A stretch of DNA of 64,000 nucleotides, from positions 108,078 to 172,077 of the forward strand of contig JAPLME010000006.1 of assembly GCA_026387175.1 (NCBI GenBank), in the 5' to 3' direction. The position numbers and the translations under genes are program-made. The notes under the pieces are model-generated. The model did no database searches, had not been told where the DNA came from, and worked only from the letters and a program-made list of their open reading frames with translations. Shown here piece by piece: positions 56,195 to 64,000 of this stretch. Source of the stretch: Candidatus Omnitrophota bacterium (GTDB lineage: Bacteria; Omnitrophota; Gorgyraeia; 2-01-FULL-45-10). How positions within the stretch are numbered: the stretch's first letter is position 1; each line of letters starts with the position of its first letter.

Positions 56195-58079
56195 CGATAA
56201 ACTTCCTGAGCCATAGCTCCAGGTTCACCCAGCTCCATATCGTGAAATGACCACTTTCGCCGGCTCCGCCTTTTCCGGACATAAAATCATCCAGCTTCCT
56301 CTGGACCCTTGCCTGATTAAAATAGGGGCGCTTCTTGAATGAATCGGAATTGATTATGCCGTATACCTTCGTTTTGAGGTCCGTCCTGAACCATTTTTCG
56401 AGCGGAGTCGCGAACCCCATCTTATCGGTGCGCGTCCTTACCTCTTCGGGCAGGATCCCTTTCATGGACCGTCTCAACATATATTTGGTGATCCCGTCCC
56501 GTATCTTGTATTCGGGACCGAGAGAGAAAGCGTATTCCACAAGGCGGTAATCTAAAAACGGCGAGCGCGACTCGACCGAATGGGCCATGCTGGAGCGGTC
56601 GTCGATATGGAGAAGCGACGGAAGCGGCGATATCTTGAGCGCATTATAAAGATCGTTGTTCAATATACTGCCGAACCGCTTCTCGGTAAACACCCGGTTT
56701 GTGTTGTGACCTGCGAAGTCCTTATCGAGATATGCCGGGGCGCCCTGGGCGTTAAAGCGCTTCAAAATATTCTTGACGCCCTGCGGCGCGATATGGGAAG
56801 CCATGATCTTAAAGACCTTGCCCGCCACCAGCGCGTCGTCGCCCTTTAGTTCCCGGTATCGCCTGATCTCATTTTGGGCGGCGCCCCATTTACCCGAAGC
56901 TACGAGATCGGCTAGGAGATAGAAATAGTACTTATGGTATCCGCCCAGCACCTCATCGCCGCCCTGGCCGGTCAAGAGCACCTTGACTCCCTTCTGATGA
57001 GCGAGCTTCATGACATACCACTGCGGGAATATGCTCAGGGTGCTGTACGGCTCCTCCTGGTGCCACATGATCTCTTCCATCTCATCGAACAGGTTCTCGG
57101 GCCTCGTGAATATGAAGTTGGCCTTTGCCTTTGTCTTATCCAGCACCTGCGCTATGTATTCCCGCTCGTCATACTCCGCTTCGTCGAAACAGGATGAGAA
57201 TGCTTCGATGGCGCCGCCTTTTAGCAGCCTAGCGGAGACGCATGCGATCGACGATGAATCGAGGCCGCCGCTCAAACTGACTCCGAGAGGGACGTCGCTG
57301 CGCAGCCTGAGCTTTATGGAGTCCTCGAACAGATCCCGAAAGTTCTCATAGGCTTCCTCTTCATTGTTAAGGCGCAGCTTCTTGTGCGGAGCGAGGTTCC
57401 AGTAGCGCTTCTGCGAAAATTGCCGCCCTCCGTCGAGAGGTACGGTCGCGTAGTGTGCCTGCTTGAGCTGCCTGATGCCCTTAAAGAACGTCTCGTCGGA
57501 TATATCCATATATCCGTACCCTGAGGCGAGATAATTGAAGACGGTGCTATCGTTCGGCTGCCTTCTTACCTTCGGATGACAAAGTAACGACTTTATCTCG
57601 GACGCGAATATGAATATATCCTTATCGAGATGATAGTAAAACGGCTTTACGCCGAATCTGTCCCTTGCGCAAAATAACACTCTCTTATTCAGGTCCAGTA
57701 TCGCAAAGGCCCACATACCGTTGAAGCGCGACAGGCAATCCTCTCCCCACTCCTCGTATGCGTGTAGGATGACTTCCGTATCGCTTCTGGATCTGAAGGC
57801 ATGCCCAAGGCCGGCAAGCTCGTCTTTAAGCTCAAGATAGTTATATATCTCGCCGTTATGCACTATGAAGAGGCGCGAGTCCTCATTATGCATCGGCTGG
57901 CCCGCGTCTTTCGAAAGGTCGATGATGGAAAGGCGCACGTGCCCAAGCCCCACATGGCCGTTCACGTAAAGGCCACTATCGTCGGGACCGCGGTGGCGCT
58001 CGGAGCATATCATCTTTTCGATTATGCCGCCGTCCAGAGGCGATTTATCCAGATTTATAATGCCTGCTATACCGCACAT
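56184..58079 (-). CDS. asnB: Asparagine synthase (glutamine-hydrolysing) family amidotransferase, likely a sugar-uronate amidotransferase (WbpS-like role)
   Basis: N-terminal MCGIAGI (Ntn Cys), HRGPDDSG, and a synthetase-domain SLSGGLDSS PP-loop. Confidence 0.8.
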   Translation of the reverse strand: MCGIAGIINLDKSPLDGGIIEKMICSERHRGPDDSGLYVNGHVGLGHVRLSIIDLSKDAGQPMHNEDSRLFIVHNGEIYNYLELKDELAGLGHAFRSRSDTEVILHAYEEWGEDCLSRFNGMWAFAILDLNKRVLFCARDRFGVKPFYYHLDKDIFIFASEIKSLLCHPKVRRQPNDSTVFNYLASGYGYMDISDETFFKGIRQLKQAHYATVPLDGGRQFSQKRYWNLAPHKKLRLNNEEEAYENFRDLFEDSIKLRLRSDVPLGVSLSGGLDSSSIACVSARLLKGGAIEAFSSCFDEAEYDEREYIAQVLDKTKAKANFIFTRPENLFDEMEEIMWHQEEPYSTLSIFPQWYVMKLAHQKGVKVLLTGQGGDEVLGGYHKYYFYLLADLVASGKWGAAQNEIRRYRELKGDDALVAGKVFKIMASHIAPQGVKNILKRFNAQGAPAYLDKDFAGHNTNRVFTEKRFGSILNNDLYNALKISPLPSLLHIDDRSSMAHSVESRSPFLDYRLVEYAFSLGPEYKIRDGITKYMLRRSMKGILPEEVRTRTDKMGFATPLEKWFRTDLKTKVYGIINSDSFKKRPYFNQARVQRKLDDFMSGKGGAGESGHFTIWSWVNLELWLRKFIDGR

Positions 58080-59188
58080 GATTTTTTAGAGTAGAACTCC
58101 TCTATTTTACTCACGATGTATCCGCGCTCTTGGGCCGTCATCTCCGGATAAACGGCTATCGCGAATGTCGTATTGCATGCGCCTTCGGATTCGGGGAGAT
58201 CGCCCTTCTTATAGCCGAGGCCCCTGTAACATTCCTGCAGATGAAGCGGAACCGGATAGTACGTCCTCGTCTCAATTCCGCTGTCTATCAGGAATTTCAT
58301 GAGCTTTTCGAGGCCGTCTTTGACGCGCAGCACGTATTGATGATATGTATGCACATTATGATCCGGCACATACGGCAAAGCGATCGGCAGACCTTTTAAC
58401 TCTTCGCTGTAATGCGCGGCGTTATTTCTCCTGGCTTCAAGCCAGCCGTCGAGACGCCTGAGCTTCACCCTCAATACGGCGGCCTGCAGGTTATCGAGTC
58501 GGGAATTCATCCCTATCTCGGAATGGATATATCTCCGGGCGCTGCCGTGTACTCTCAGCATCCCGATCCTCTCCGCGATCTCCTTATCATCGGTGACTAC
58601 CATACCGGCGTCACCGAACGCGCCAAGGTTCTTGCTGGGGAAGAAGCTGAGCGTCCCGATATCTCCGATCGAACCGGCCTTCCTGCCCTTATACGTAGCG
58701 CCTATGGCCTGAGCCGTATCCTCTATGACCTTCAATTTGTATTTCCCGGCGATGACCATTATCGGGTCCATATCGGCGCACTGCCCGTAAAGATGGACAG
58801 GGATGATCACCTTTGTCCGGGAAGTTATGGCCTTCTCTATCGATCGCGGATCAATATTATAAGTCCTGGGCTCAATATCGACAAATACCGGTTTCGCGCC
58901 GAGGAGCGATGCCGCCTCCGCGGTGGCAAAAAATGTGAATGGCGTGGTTATCACCTCATCGCCGGGGCCGATATCCAGCGCCCTGAGGGCCAATATCAGC
59001 GCATCCGTTCCGGACGCCACACCGACAGCATATTTTGAGCCGCAATATTCGGCAATCTCTTTCTCCAAGAGACGACCTTCCTCGCCCAATATAAAGTCCT
59101 GCCTCTCTATGACCTTTTTCAGGACCTCCTCTACCTCTGACTTGATGGACCTATATTGCCCTTTAAGGTCCAGTAACGGAATCTTCAC
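58067..59188 (-). CDS. DegT/DnrJ/EryC1-family PLP-dependent nucleotide-sugar aminotransferase
   Basis: GVASGTDALILAL, GDEVITTPFTFFAT, VIEDTAQAIGA, LSFFPSKNLGAFGDAG. GTG start preceded by RBS AAAGGAGAG. Confidence 0.85.
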   Translation of the reverse strand: MKIPLLDLKGQYRSIKSEVEEVLKKVIERQDFILGEEGRLLEKEIAEYCGSKYAVGVASGTDALILALRALDIGPGDEVITTPFTFFATAEAASLLGAKPVFVDIEPRTYNIDPRSIEKAITSRTKVIIPVHLYGQCADMDPIMVIAGKYKLKVIEDTAQAIGATYKGRKAGSIGDIGTLSFFPSKNLGAFGDAGMVVTDDKEIAERIGMLRVHGSARRYIHSEIGMNSRLDNLQAAVLRVKLRRLDGWLEARRNNAAHYSEELKGLPIALPYVPDHNVHTYHQYVLRVKDGLEKLMKFLIDSGIETRTYYPVPLHLQECYRGLGYKKGDLPESEGACNTTFAIAVYPEMTAQERGYIVSKIEEFYSKKSCAV

Positions 59189-59370
59189 TTTCTTACTCTC
59201 CTTTGTTCATTAATTGTCCGGTATTACTGTCGGATACTGCCCGTTTTGCAGTCTTTAATGCGGCATATTCCATAATATATTAGTATAATATGTTACTATA
59301 AACGGCTCTTTTTAGCAAGCATAACGCACGAAGGGCTTTGTCAGGATAAATACAGGTTTTTGGGCTATGC

Positions 59371-60663
59371 CTAATGCAGATAGGCAGGCCTATCGGGCCC
59401 AAAAAAGGCGGGCATGACCGCCGACAGCAATCTGTCCAACGCCATAAAAGCGAATACCAGCACGAAAAATATGGCAGGGATGAGCATCCTGAAACCGTAA
59501 TTATGAACGGTTGTGGTCAGAACGAGCGATCCATAATAGCAGAATATATACAGATGCACGGAGACTTCCCAGATCTCCCACTTCTCGCGGTTCCTGATAT
59601 GCAGAAATAGATATGTAAAGTAGCCCGCCCACATGGCCATCCAGCGAAGGCGCGGACCGTACGATCCCGCCAGAAGGCTTGGCAGGTAGCCGAGGCAAAA
59701 CAATACCTTTTTAAAGTAGAACTGGAAGAAGAGGCCCGGCTCCTGCCTTATATACTCGACATAGTTGACTATTAATTTATCGATATGCAGTTTCGTGTAT
59801 AATAAATTCCCGGCCACTCTCGACAGGTCGACGGATGACGGTATCGGATGAAAATTTCTTAAGCCGTCTATGGACGACATGTTCGTCGGCAGAAAAATAA
59901 ATTGTTTAAGGAACAGGTAATTCCGTATTCCCAAAAATGAAGATCCCGCGATAAGCGCCAAGGCAAATATCAATAAATTCCTGTAGCCCGCCCCTCCTCT
60001 CTTGACGTAATATAACGCGACAAGAGGCATCAACGCGATCCCATATACAAATATATTCGGACGGGTCAGGATGGACAGCCCCAGTAAGAACGCGGCCATG
60101 ATCTGCAGGAATAGGTTATCTTTCTCAAAACCTTTAATGAAGCAAAAGAAAAATAGCGCGACCGTAAAGAGGGCGAGATTTTCGCTCAGCAGTAAAGGCG
60201 AATAATTTTTGTAAACATCCTTCAGCGCAAAGAAGAACAAGACGCAGAGAAATAAGATGCCTGTAAGGCCCCTCATCTTATCCCGAAAGGTCCAATAGAC
60301 CAGCGCCACGGAGAACCCCAGCATAAGGTGCTGCACGACAAAGATGGGCAGGCTCTTCTCTCCGAATATCACCAGGCATAGGGCGATAAAATAGTTATAC
60401 AAAAAACCGGCGGGACTGCAATAGGCCGATATCGCCGAAGGCATAAGCATGCCATTATGTTTTATATCTAAAGCATGCTGAGCGTATATGCCCCAGTCAT
60501 CCCCGGTAGCGTTAAGGATGCTTTCAAAGCTTTTGTAATCGTAGTTTCGCGTCAGGGATAGAATGAAGAATACTGCTATAAAAGATATGGCGAGAATGGT
60601 TCCGGCGCGTTTTGTGCAGCATAAATCCAATAGATTATCTATCAGCGTGTATGCCTTACGCAT
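59371..60663 (-). CDS. Polytopic membrane protein, PMT_2/GT-C-like candidate glycosyltransferase
   Basis: At least 10 TM helices. WGIYAQHALDIKHNGMLMP loop, then FIALCLVIFGEKSLPIFVVQHLMLGFSVALVYWTF resembling the ArnT-family core. Confidence 0.4.
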   Translation of the reverse strand: MRKAYTLIDNLLDLCCTKRAGTILAISFIAVFFILSLTRNYDYKSFESILNATGDDWGIYAQHALDIKHNGMLMPSAISAYCSPAGFLYNYFIALCLVIFGEKSLPIFVVQHLMLGFSVALVYWTFRDKMRGLTGILFLCVLFFFALKDVYKNYSPLLLSENLALFTVALFFFCFIKGFEKDNLFLQIMAAFLLGLSILTRPNIFVYGIALMPLVALYYVKRGGAGYRNLLIFALALIAGSSFLGIRNYLFLKQFIFLPTNMSSIDGLRNFHPIPSSVDLSRVAGNLLYTKLHIDKLIVNYVEYIRQEPGLFFQFYFKKVLFCLGYLPSLLAGSYGPRLRWMAMWAGYFTYLFLHIRNREKWEIWEVSVHLYIFCYYGSLVLTTTVHNYGFRMLIPAIFFVLVFAFMALDRLLSAVMPAFFGPDRPAYLH

Positions 60664-61456
60664 AACGGCTGAGCAGCTCTTCCCTCTTCTTTACCAGCAT
60701 TTCAGGGCTCCCGATAAGATCCGTTCCGCTCCAGGCGTCGGAGCAGTGCCGCTTAAGATACTCATATTTAATATACCCATAACCTTTGTCTCCCCACCCC
60801 TGGCTCCATGAATTCTTGAACTTGAATATCTTATCGGAGTCATCATATCCCATAATACATATGGCATGGCCGCCCTGCAGTTCATCGCGCGATTTCGGTA
60901 TAGGTATAACTCCGGTCTTTGAAACTTTATCCGTAAACCAGGACGCGAATACATCCACTCCCGCGAGGAACGGCCCGTTGACTACGAGGCTCCGCTTCAT
61001 ATCCTGTACGGAATTCAATCTCGCGTATGCCTTTATCACGTAGGTCTTCGCGGCTTTATCGGCTCCGGGCTTACAGGCGTCTTTTTGGTGGGGCCGGTAC
61101 GGCCAATAGGATTCGGGAGAGACGCCGTATTTCAACAGCATCTTCATGGCAACTCTGGGATACGTTCCTTCTTCGCCTGGTATGCCGTCATTGGCCTTAC
61201 ATAAATTGTAGAGATAGCGAGGAGAGAGCTCTATGTCCTTCCGGTATTCTTTGGTATCCTGGTATTCTTTCACCCCTACAACGCTCGCGAACGCGACGCA
61301 GGTACCTTCATCGCCCTGATCTCTTACGGCAGTCATTTCCTTTGAGTAATCAACTTGGGCGGGCACCTTTATCGGCGGGAGAACCAGCCCCATCGGGATA
61401 TCGCGCAGGTCCTTTCTGTCCTTGAAGCAGCCTAACTTATATGGTTTTATCGGCAC
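60656..61456 (-). CDS. Papain-family (C1) cysteine peptidase, intracellular (no signal peptide)
   Basis: [14 protein letters not shown] (Gln/Cys), [11 protein letters not shown] (His) and [17 protein letters not shown] (Asn). The C1A catalytic residues are all in place. Confidence 0.65.
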   Translation of the reverse strand: MPIKPYKLGCFKDRKDLRDIPMGLVLPPIKVPAQVDYSKEMTAVRDQGDEGTCVAFASVVGVKEYQDTKEYRKDIELSPRYLYNLCKANDGIPGEEGTYPRVAMKMLLKYGVSPESYWPYRPHQKDACKPGADKAAKTYVIKAYARLNSVQDMKRSLVVNGPFLAGVDVFASWFTDKVSKTGVIPIPKSRDELQGGHAICIMGYDDSDKIFKFKNSWSQGWGDKGYGYIKYEYLKRHCSDAWSGTDLIGSPEMLVKKREELLSRYA

Positions 61457-62403
61457 GGGCTCTTGTCTTTTATGGATATGAAATAATCTATGGTCCTTGA
61501 TAACCCTTCTTCAAGACGGATCTTCGGCGTCCAATTCAGGATCTTTTTGGCCTTCGCTATATTCGGCCGTCTGACCTTCGGGTCATCGACCGGAAGCGGC
61601 ATATATACGATCCGGCTTTCTGAATCTGTCAGTTTAATTATAACCTTGGCAAGCTTTAAAAGCGACATTTCGTTGGGATTGCCGATATTAACCGGGTCGG
61701 ATTCTTTTGACATTAAAAGTTTATATAAACCGCCAACTAAATCTGAAACATAGCAGAAGCTTCTCGTCTGCTTGCCGCTACCGTAAACGGTTATAGGCTT
61801 ATTTTTGAGCGCTTGACTGATGAAATTAGGGATCGCGCGGCCATCTTCTTCCCTCATCCGCTCGCCGTAAGTATTGAATATACGCACTATCCTGGTATCG
61901 AGCTTATGATATCTATGGTAAGCCATCGTTATCGCTTCGGCAAAACGCTTGGCCTCGTCGTACACGCCGCGTGGGCCTATCGGGTTTACATTACCCCAGT
62001 AACTCTCAGGCTGCGGATTTATGAGCGGATCGCCGTAAACTTCGCTCGTTGAGGCCAGCAGAATCCTGGCGCCTTTCGCCTTCGCTAAGCCCAGCGCATT
62101 ATGAGTTCCTAGAGAGCCGACTTTCAAGGTCGGTATCGGGTATTTCAGGTAATCTATGGGACTGGCCGGGGAAGCAAAGTGCAGAATATAGTCTATCTTG
62201 CCTTTGATATCAATATATTCGGAGACGTTATGCTTAATGAACTTGAAGTTCAGATCCTTCATGTGGTGCCTAATATTTTCGACCTTTCCGGTTATAAGGT
62301 TATCCATGCATATAACGTTGTAACCCTTTTCCAGAAACAGGTCGCATAGGTGCGAACCGATAAAGCCCGCGCCGCCTGTAATGAGCGTTATTTTTACTCT
62401 CAT
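61447..62403 (-). CDS. UDP-glucuronate decarboxylase-like extended SDR (UXS family)
   Basis: [82 protein letters not shown]. Near-perfect colinearity with UXS. Confidence 0.85.
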   Translation of the reverse strand: MRVKITLITGGAGFIGSHLCDLFLEKGYNVICMDNLITGKVENIRHHMKDLNFKFIKHNVSEYIDIKGKIDYILHFASPASPIDYLKYPIPTLKVGSLGTHNALGLAKAKGARILLASTSEVYGDPLINPQPESYWGNVNPIGPRGVYDEAKRFAEAITMAYHRYHKLDTRIVRIFNTYGERMREEDGRAIPNFISQALKNKPITVYGSGKQTRSFCYVSDLVGGLYKLLMSKESDPVNIGNPNEMSLLKLAKVIIKLTDSESRIVYMPLPVDDPKVRRPNIAKAKKILNWTPKIRLEEGLSRTIDYFISIKDKSPCR

Positions 62404-63383
62404 ATATTACCAAACCATTCGACCGTGCGCCGCAAGCCCTCTTTGAAACCGATGATATTCTTTATCTTTAAGAGACGCTTCATCTTCGATATGTCGGCGT
62501 ATGTCTTGCGGACATCCCCTCTCCTCTTTGGCGCATGTTTGGGCTTTATCTTTGTCCCCAATATCTTATTGAGCTCGTTCACGATATCTATGATAGATGT
62601 AGTCGTGCCGCAAGCGACGTTGAATACCTCTCCCGAAATACCCGGAATTACACAGGCTCTCAGATTTGCCTCGACTACATTGCCTACATACGTGAAATCC
62701 CGTGATTGTTTACCGTCCCACTCCACAATAGGCGATCCGCCCTTTGCCATCGTGAATAAAAATGCCGGGATAACGGCGGAATACTTGGAATCCGGATTCT
62801 GCCTCGGACCGAACACATTGAAGTACCTTAAGGACACGGTCTCTAAACCGAATGTCCTGGCAAATGCCACGCAATAATGCTCGGCGGCCAATTTAGCTAC
62901 ACCGTAAGGTGAGATAGGAGCCGGAATGTCGGTCTCTCTCTGCGGAAAATGCTTCGCGTCACCGTATGCGGAGCTTGATGAGGCATAAACTACCCTCTTA
63001 ACCTTGTGATCGCGCGCAGCAACGAGGAGGTTCAGCGTGCCATGGACGTTGATGTCATTCGTCGTAAAGGGATCATCGACCGATTTCGGGACCGACCGCA
63101 AGGCCGCCTGATGTATGACGTAGTCTACGCCCTTCAGGGCCCTGTCCAGGTCTTTCCTGTTTCTTATATCGCCCTTTACTAGTGTGATCCGCGTCAAGAA
63201 AGGCTTCAGGTTCTCCATCTTGCCGGTGATGAAGTTATCGAGGACGACTACCTCGCCGACTTTAGGGACAGTCCCCACCTTGTGAAGACTACCGTCTGGG
63301 GACAGTCCCTTCCGCCGGACTAGTTCCTCTACTATATTAGAGCCTATGAAACCCGCGCCGCCTGTAACGAGATATTTAGCCAT
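62400..63383 (-). CDS. UDP-GlcNAc / UDP-GlcNAcA 4-epimerase-like extended SDR (WbpP/TviC/CapD family) with a 17-aa insertion after the first beta-strand
   Basis: [46 protein letters not shown] (YxxxK), [33 protein letters not shown]. Confidence 0.85.
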   Translation of the reverse strand: MAKYLVTGGAGFIGSNIVEELVRRKGLSPDGSLHKVGTVPKVGEVVVLDNFITGKMENLKPFLTRITLVKGDIRNRKDLDRALKGVDYVIHQAALRSVPKSVDDPFTTNDINVHGTLNLLVAARDHKVKRVVYASSSSAYGDAKHFPQRETDIPAPISPYGVAKLAAEHYCVAFARTFGLETVSLRYFNVFGPRQNPDSKYSAVIPAFLFTMAKGGSPIVEWDGKQSRDFTYVGNVVEANLRACVIPGISGEVFNVACGTTTSIIDIVNELNKILGTKIKPKHAPKRRGDVRKTYADISKMKRLLKIKNIIGFKEGLRRTVEWFGNI

Positions 63384-63387
63384 AGTT

Positions 63388-64000
63388 TTATAATTTGATT
63401 ATGTTGCTCCTATCCTCAACGCTTTTCAGAATATTTCTGGTATCCACTATCAATTTCGAATTTTTGACTATGAAGCCGTAATCTACCTTCGTGTGATCGG
63501 CAACAATCACGACGCAGTCAGCGGACTTAAACGTCTCTTTCGAGAATTTCGCGCATTTGAGATTAATGCTATGTATCTTAAGGTACGAAAAGAATGGGTC
63601 GTAATATGAAACATCCGCTCCCTTTTTGACCAGCATCTCTATTATCTCAAGCGCCGGGGATTCGCGCAGGTCCTTAACGTCCTTTTTATACGCGACTCCG
63701 ACCACAAGCACCTTCGATCCCTTAAGAGGCTTCCTATGTTCATTCAGGCCCTCGGCCACCTTCGATACCGCGTAATGCGGCATCTCGGAATTGACTTGAG
63801 AGGCGAGATCGATGAAGCGCGCCTCGAATCCATGCATCCGCGCCTTCCACGATAAGTATATGGGATCGATCGGGATGCAATGGCCCCCGACGCCCGGGCC
63901 CGGATAAAACGGCATGAAACCGTAAGGCTTCGTCTTAGCGGCGTCGATGACTTCCCATGCGTCTATCTTCAGCTTATCGCACATGAGTAATATCTCGTTT
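63388..64000 (-). CDS. UDP-sugar 6-dehydrogenase (UDP-glucose/UDP-GlcNAc/UDP-ManNAc dehydrogenase family), C-terminal part; the gene continues past the window end
   Basis: Catalytic motif GGHCIPIDP and the C-terminal UDP-binding domain (VLVVGVAYKKDVKDLRESPA). Confidence 0.75.
   Translation of the reverse strand, partial: NEILLMCDKLKIDAWEVIDAAKTKPYGFMPFYPGPGVGGHCIPIDPIYLSWKARMHGFEARFIDLASQVNSEMPHYAVSKVAEGLNEHRKPLKGSKVLVVGVAYKKDVKDLRESPALEIIEMLVKKGADVSYYDPFFSYLKIHSINLKCAKFSKETFKSADCVVIVADHTKVDYGFIVKNSKLIVDTRNILKSVEDRSNIIKL

Noticed and set aside
59374-59610. Plus-strand 78-aa ORF beginning in the intergenic gap
   Set aside because: It runs antisense into the C-terminus of the membrane protein gene. 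It has no RBS and a low-complexity translation.
1-64000. Search for CRISPR arrays, tRNA/rRNA genes, transposases/integrases and toxin-antitoxin or defence-system signatures
   Set aside because: No direct-repeat/spacer arrays or cloverleaf-compatible segments were found. No transposase or integrase motifs (DDE, tyrosine recombinase R..H..Y) are recognisable in any frame. Every sizeable ORF is accounted for by glycan-biosynthesis functions.

Overview
The whole 64-kb window is one co-directional, minus-strand gene array of about 57 tightly packed CDSs. Most junctions between neighbouring genes are short overlaps or gaps of a few bp, and several are ATGA stop/start overlaps, suggesting translational coupling. 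Several of the provided ORF-track coordinates were adjusted in the feature list to give ATGA-coupled starts. All of it appears to encode biosynthesis of a surface glycan or glycoconjugate. No rRNA, tRNA, CRISPR array or mobile element was found. All long plus-strand ORFs are antisense shadows of the minus-strand genes.

Recognisable content:
- Radical SAM enzymes: ten paralogous B12-binding-domain radical SAM enzymes (class B, CxxxCxxC), one truncated at the window start, plus three radical SAM/SPASM proteins.
- Methyltransferases: about twelve class I SAM methyltransferase domains, including two TylF-like sugar O-methyltransferases, two with zinc-ribbon N-termini, and two fusions (MTase-GT2 and cytidylyltransferase-MTase).
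- Glycosyltransferases: three GT2, three GT4, three ArnT/PMT_2-like GT-C membrane transferases, and three large TagF-like proteins.
- CMP-ulosonic acid module: four CMP-sugar cytidylyltransferase domains (one KdsB-type, three NeuA-type), a NeuB-family synthase, and two KdsC-like HAD phosphatases.
- Nucleotide-sugar tailoring: an Fe-alcohol dehydrogenase next to a DegT aminotransferase, a second DegT aminotransferase, an AsnB-type amidotransferase, four SDR nucleotide-sugar enzymes (RmlD-like reductase, Tyv-like epimerase, UDP-glucuronate decarboxylase-like, WbpP/TviC-like 4-epimerase), and a partial UDP-sugar 6-dehydrogenase.
- Export: a Wzx flippase and an MsbA/PglK-type ABC exporter.
- Other: a GbsR/MarR-like regulator, a transglutaminase-like pseudoenzyme and an intact papain-family C1 peptidase.

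The most unusual aspect is the density of oxygen-sensitive radical chemistry (13 radical SAM genes) and methylation capacity inside a CMP-ulosonic-acid/UDP-HexNAc-uronate glycan pathway, which implies a hypermethylated, probably C-methylated, polysaccharide from an anaerobe.

Two sigma70-like promoters were found, each followed by the same inverted repeat GTTTAR-N6-TTAAAC, a candidate operator for the embedded regulator.
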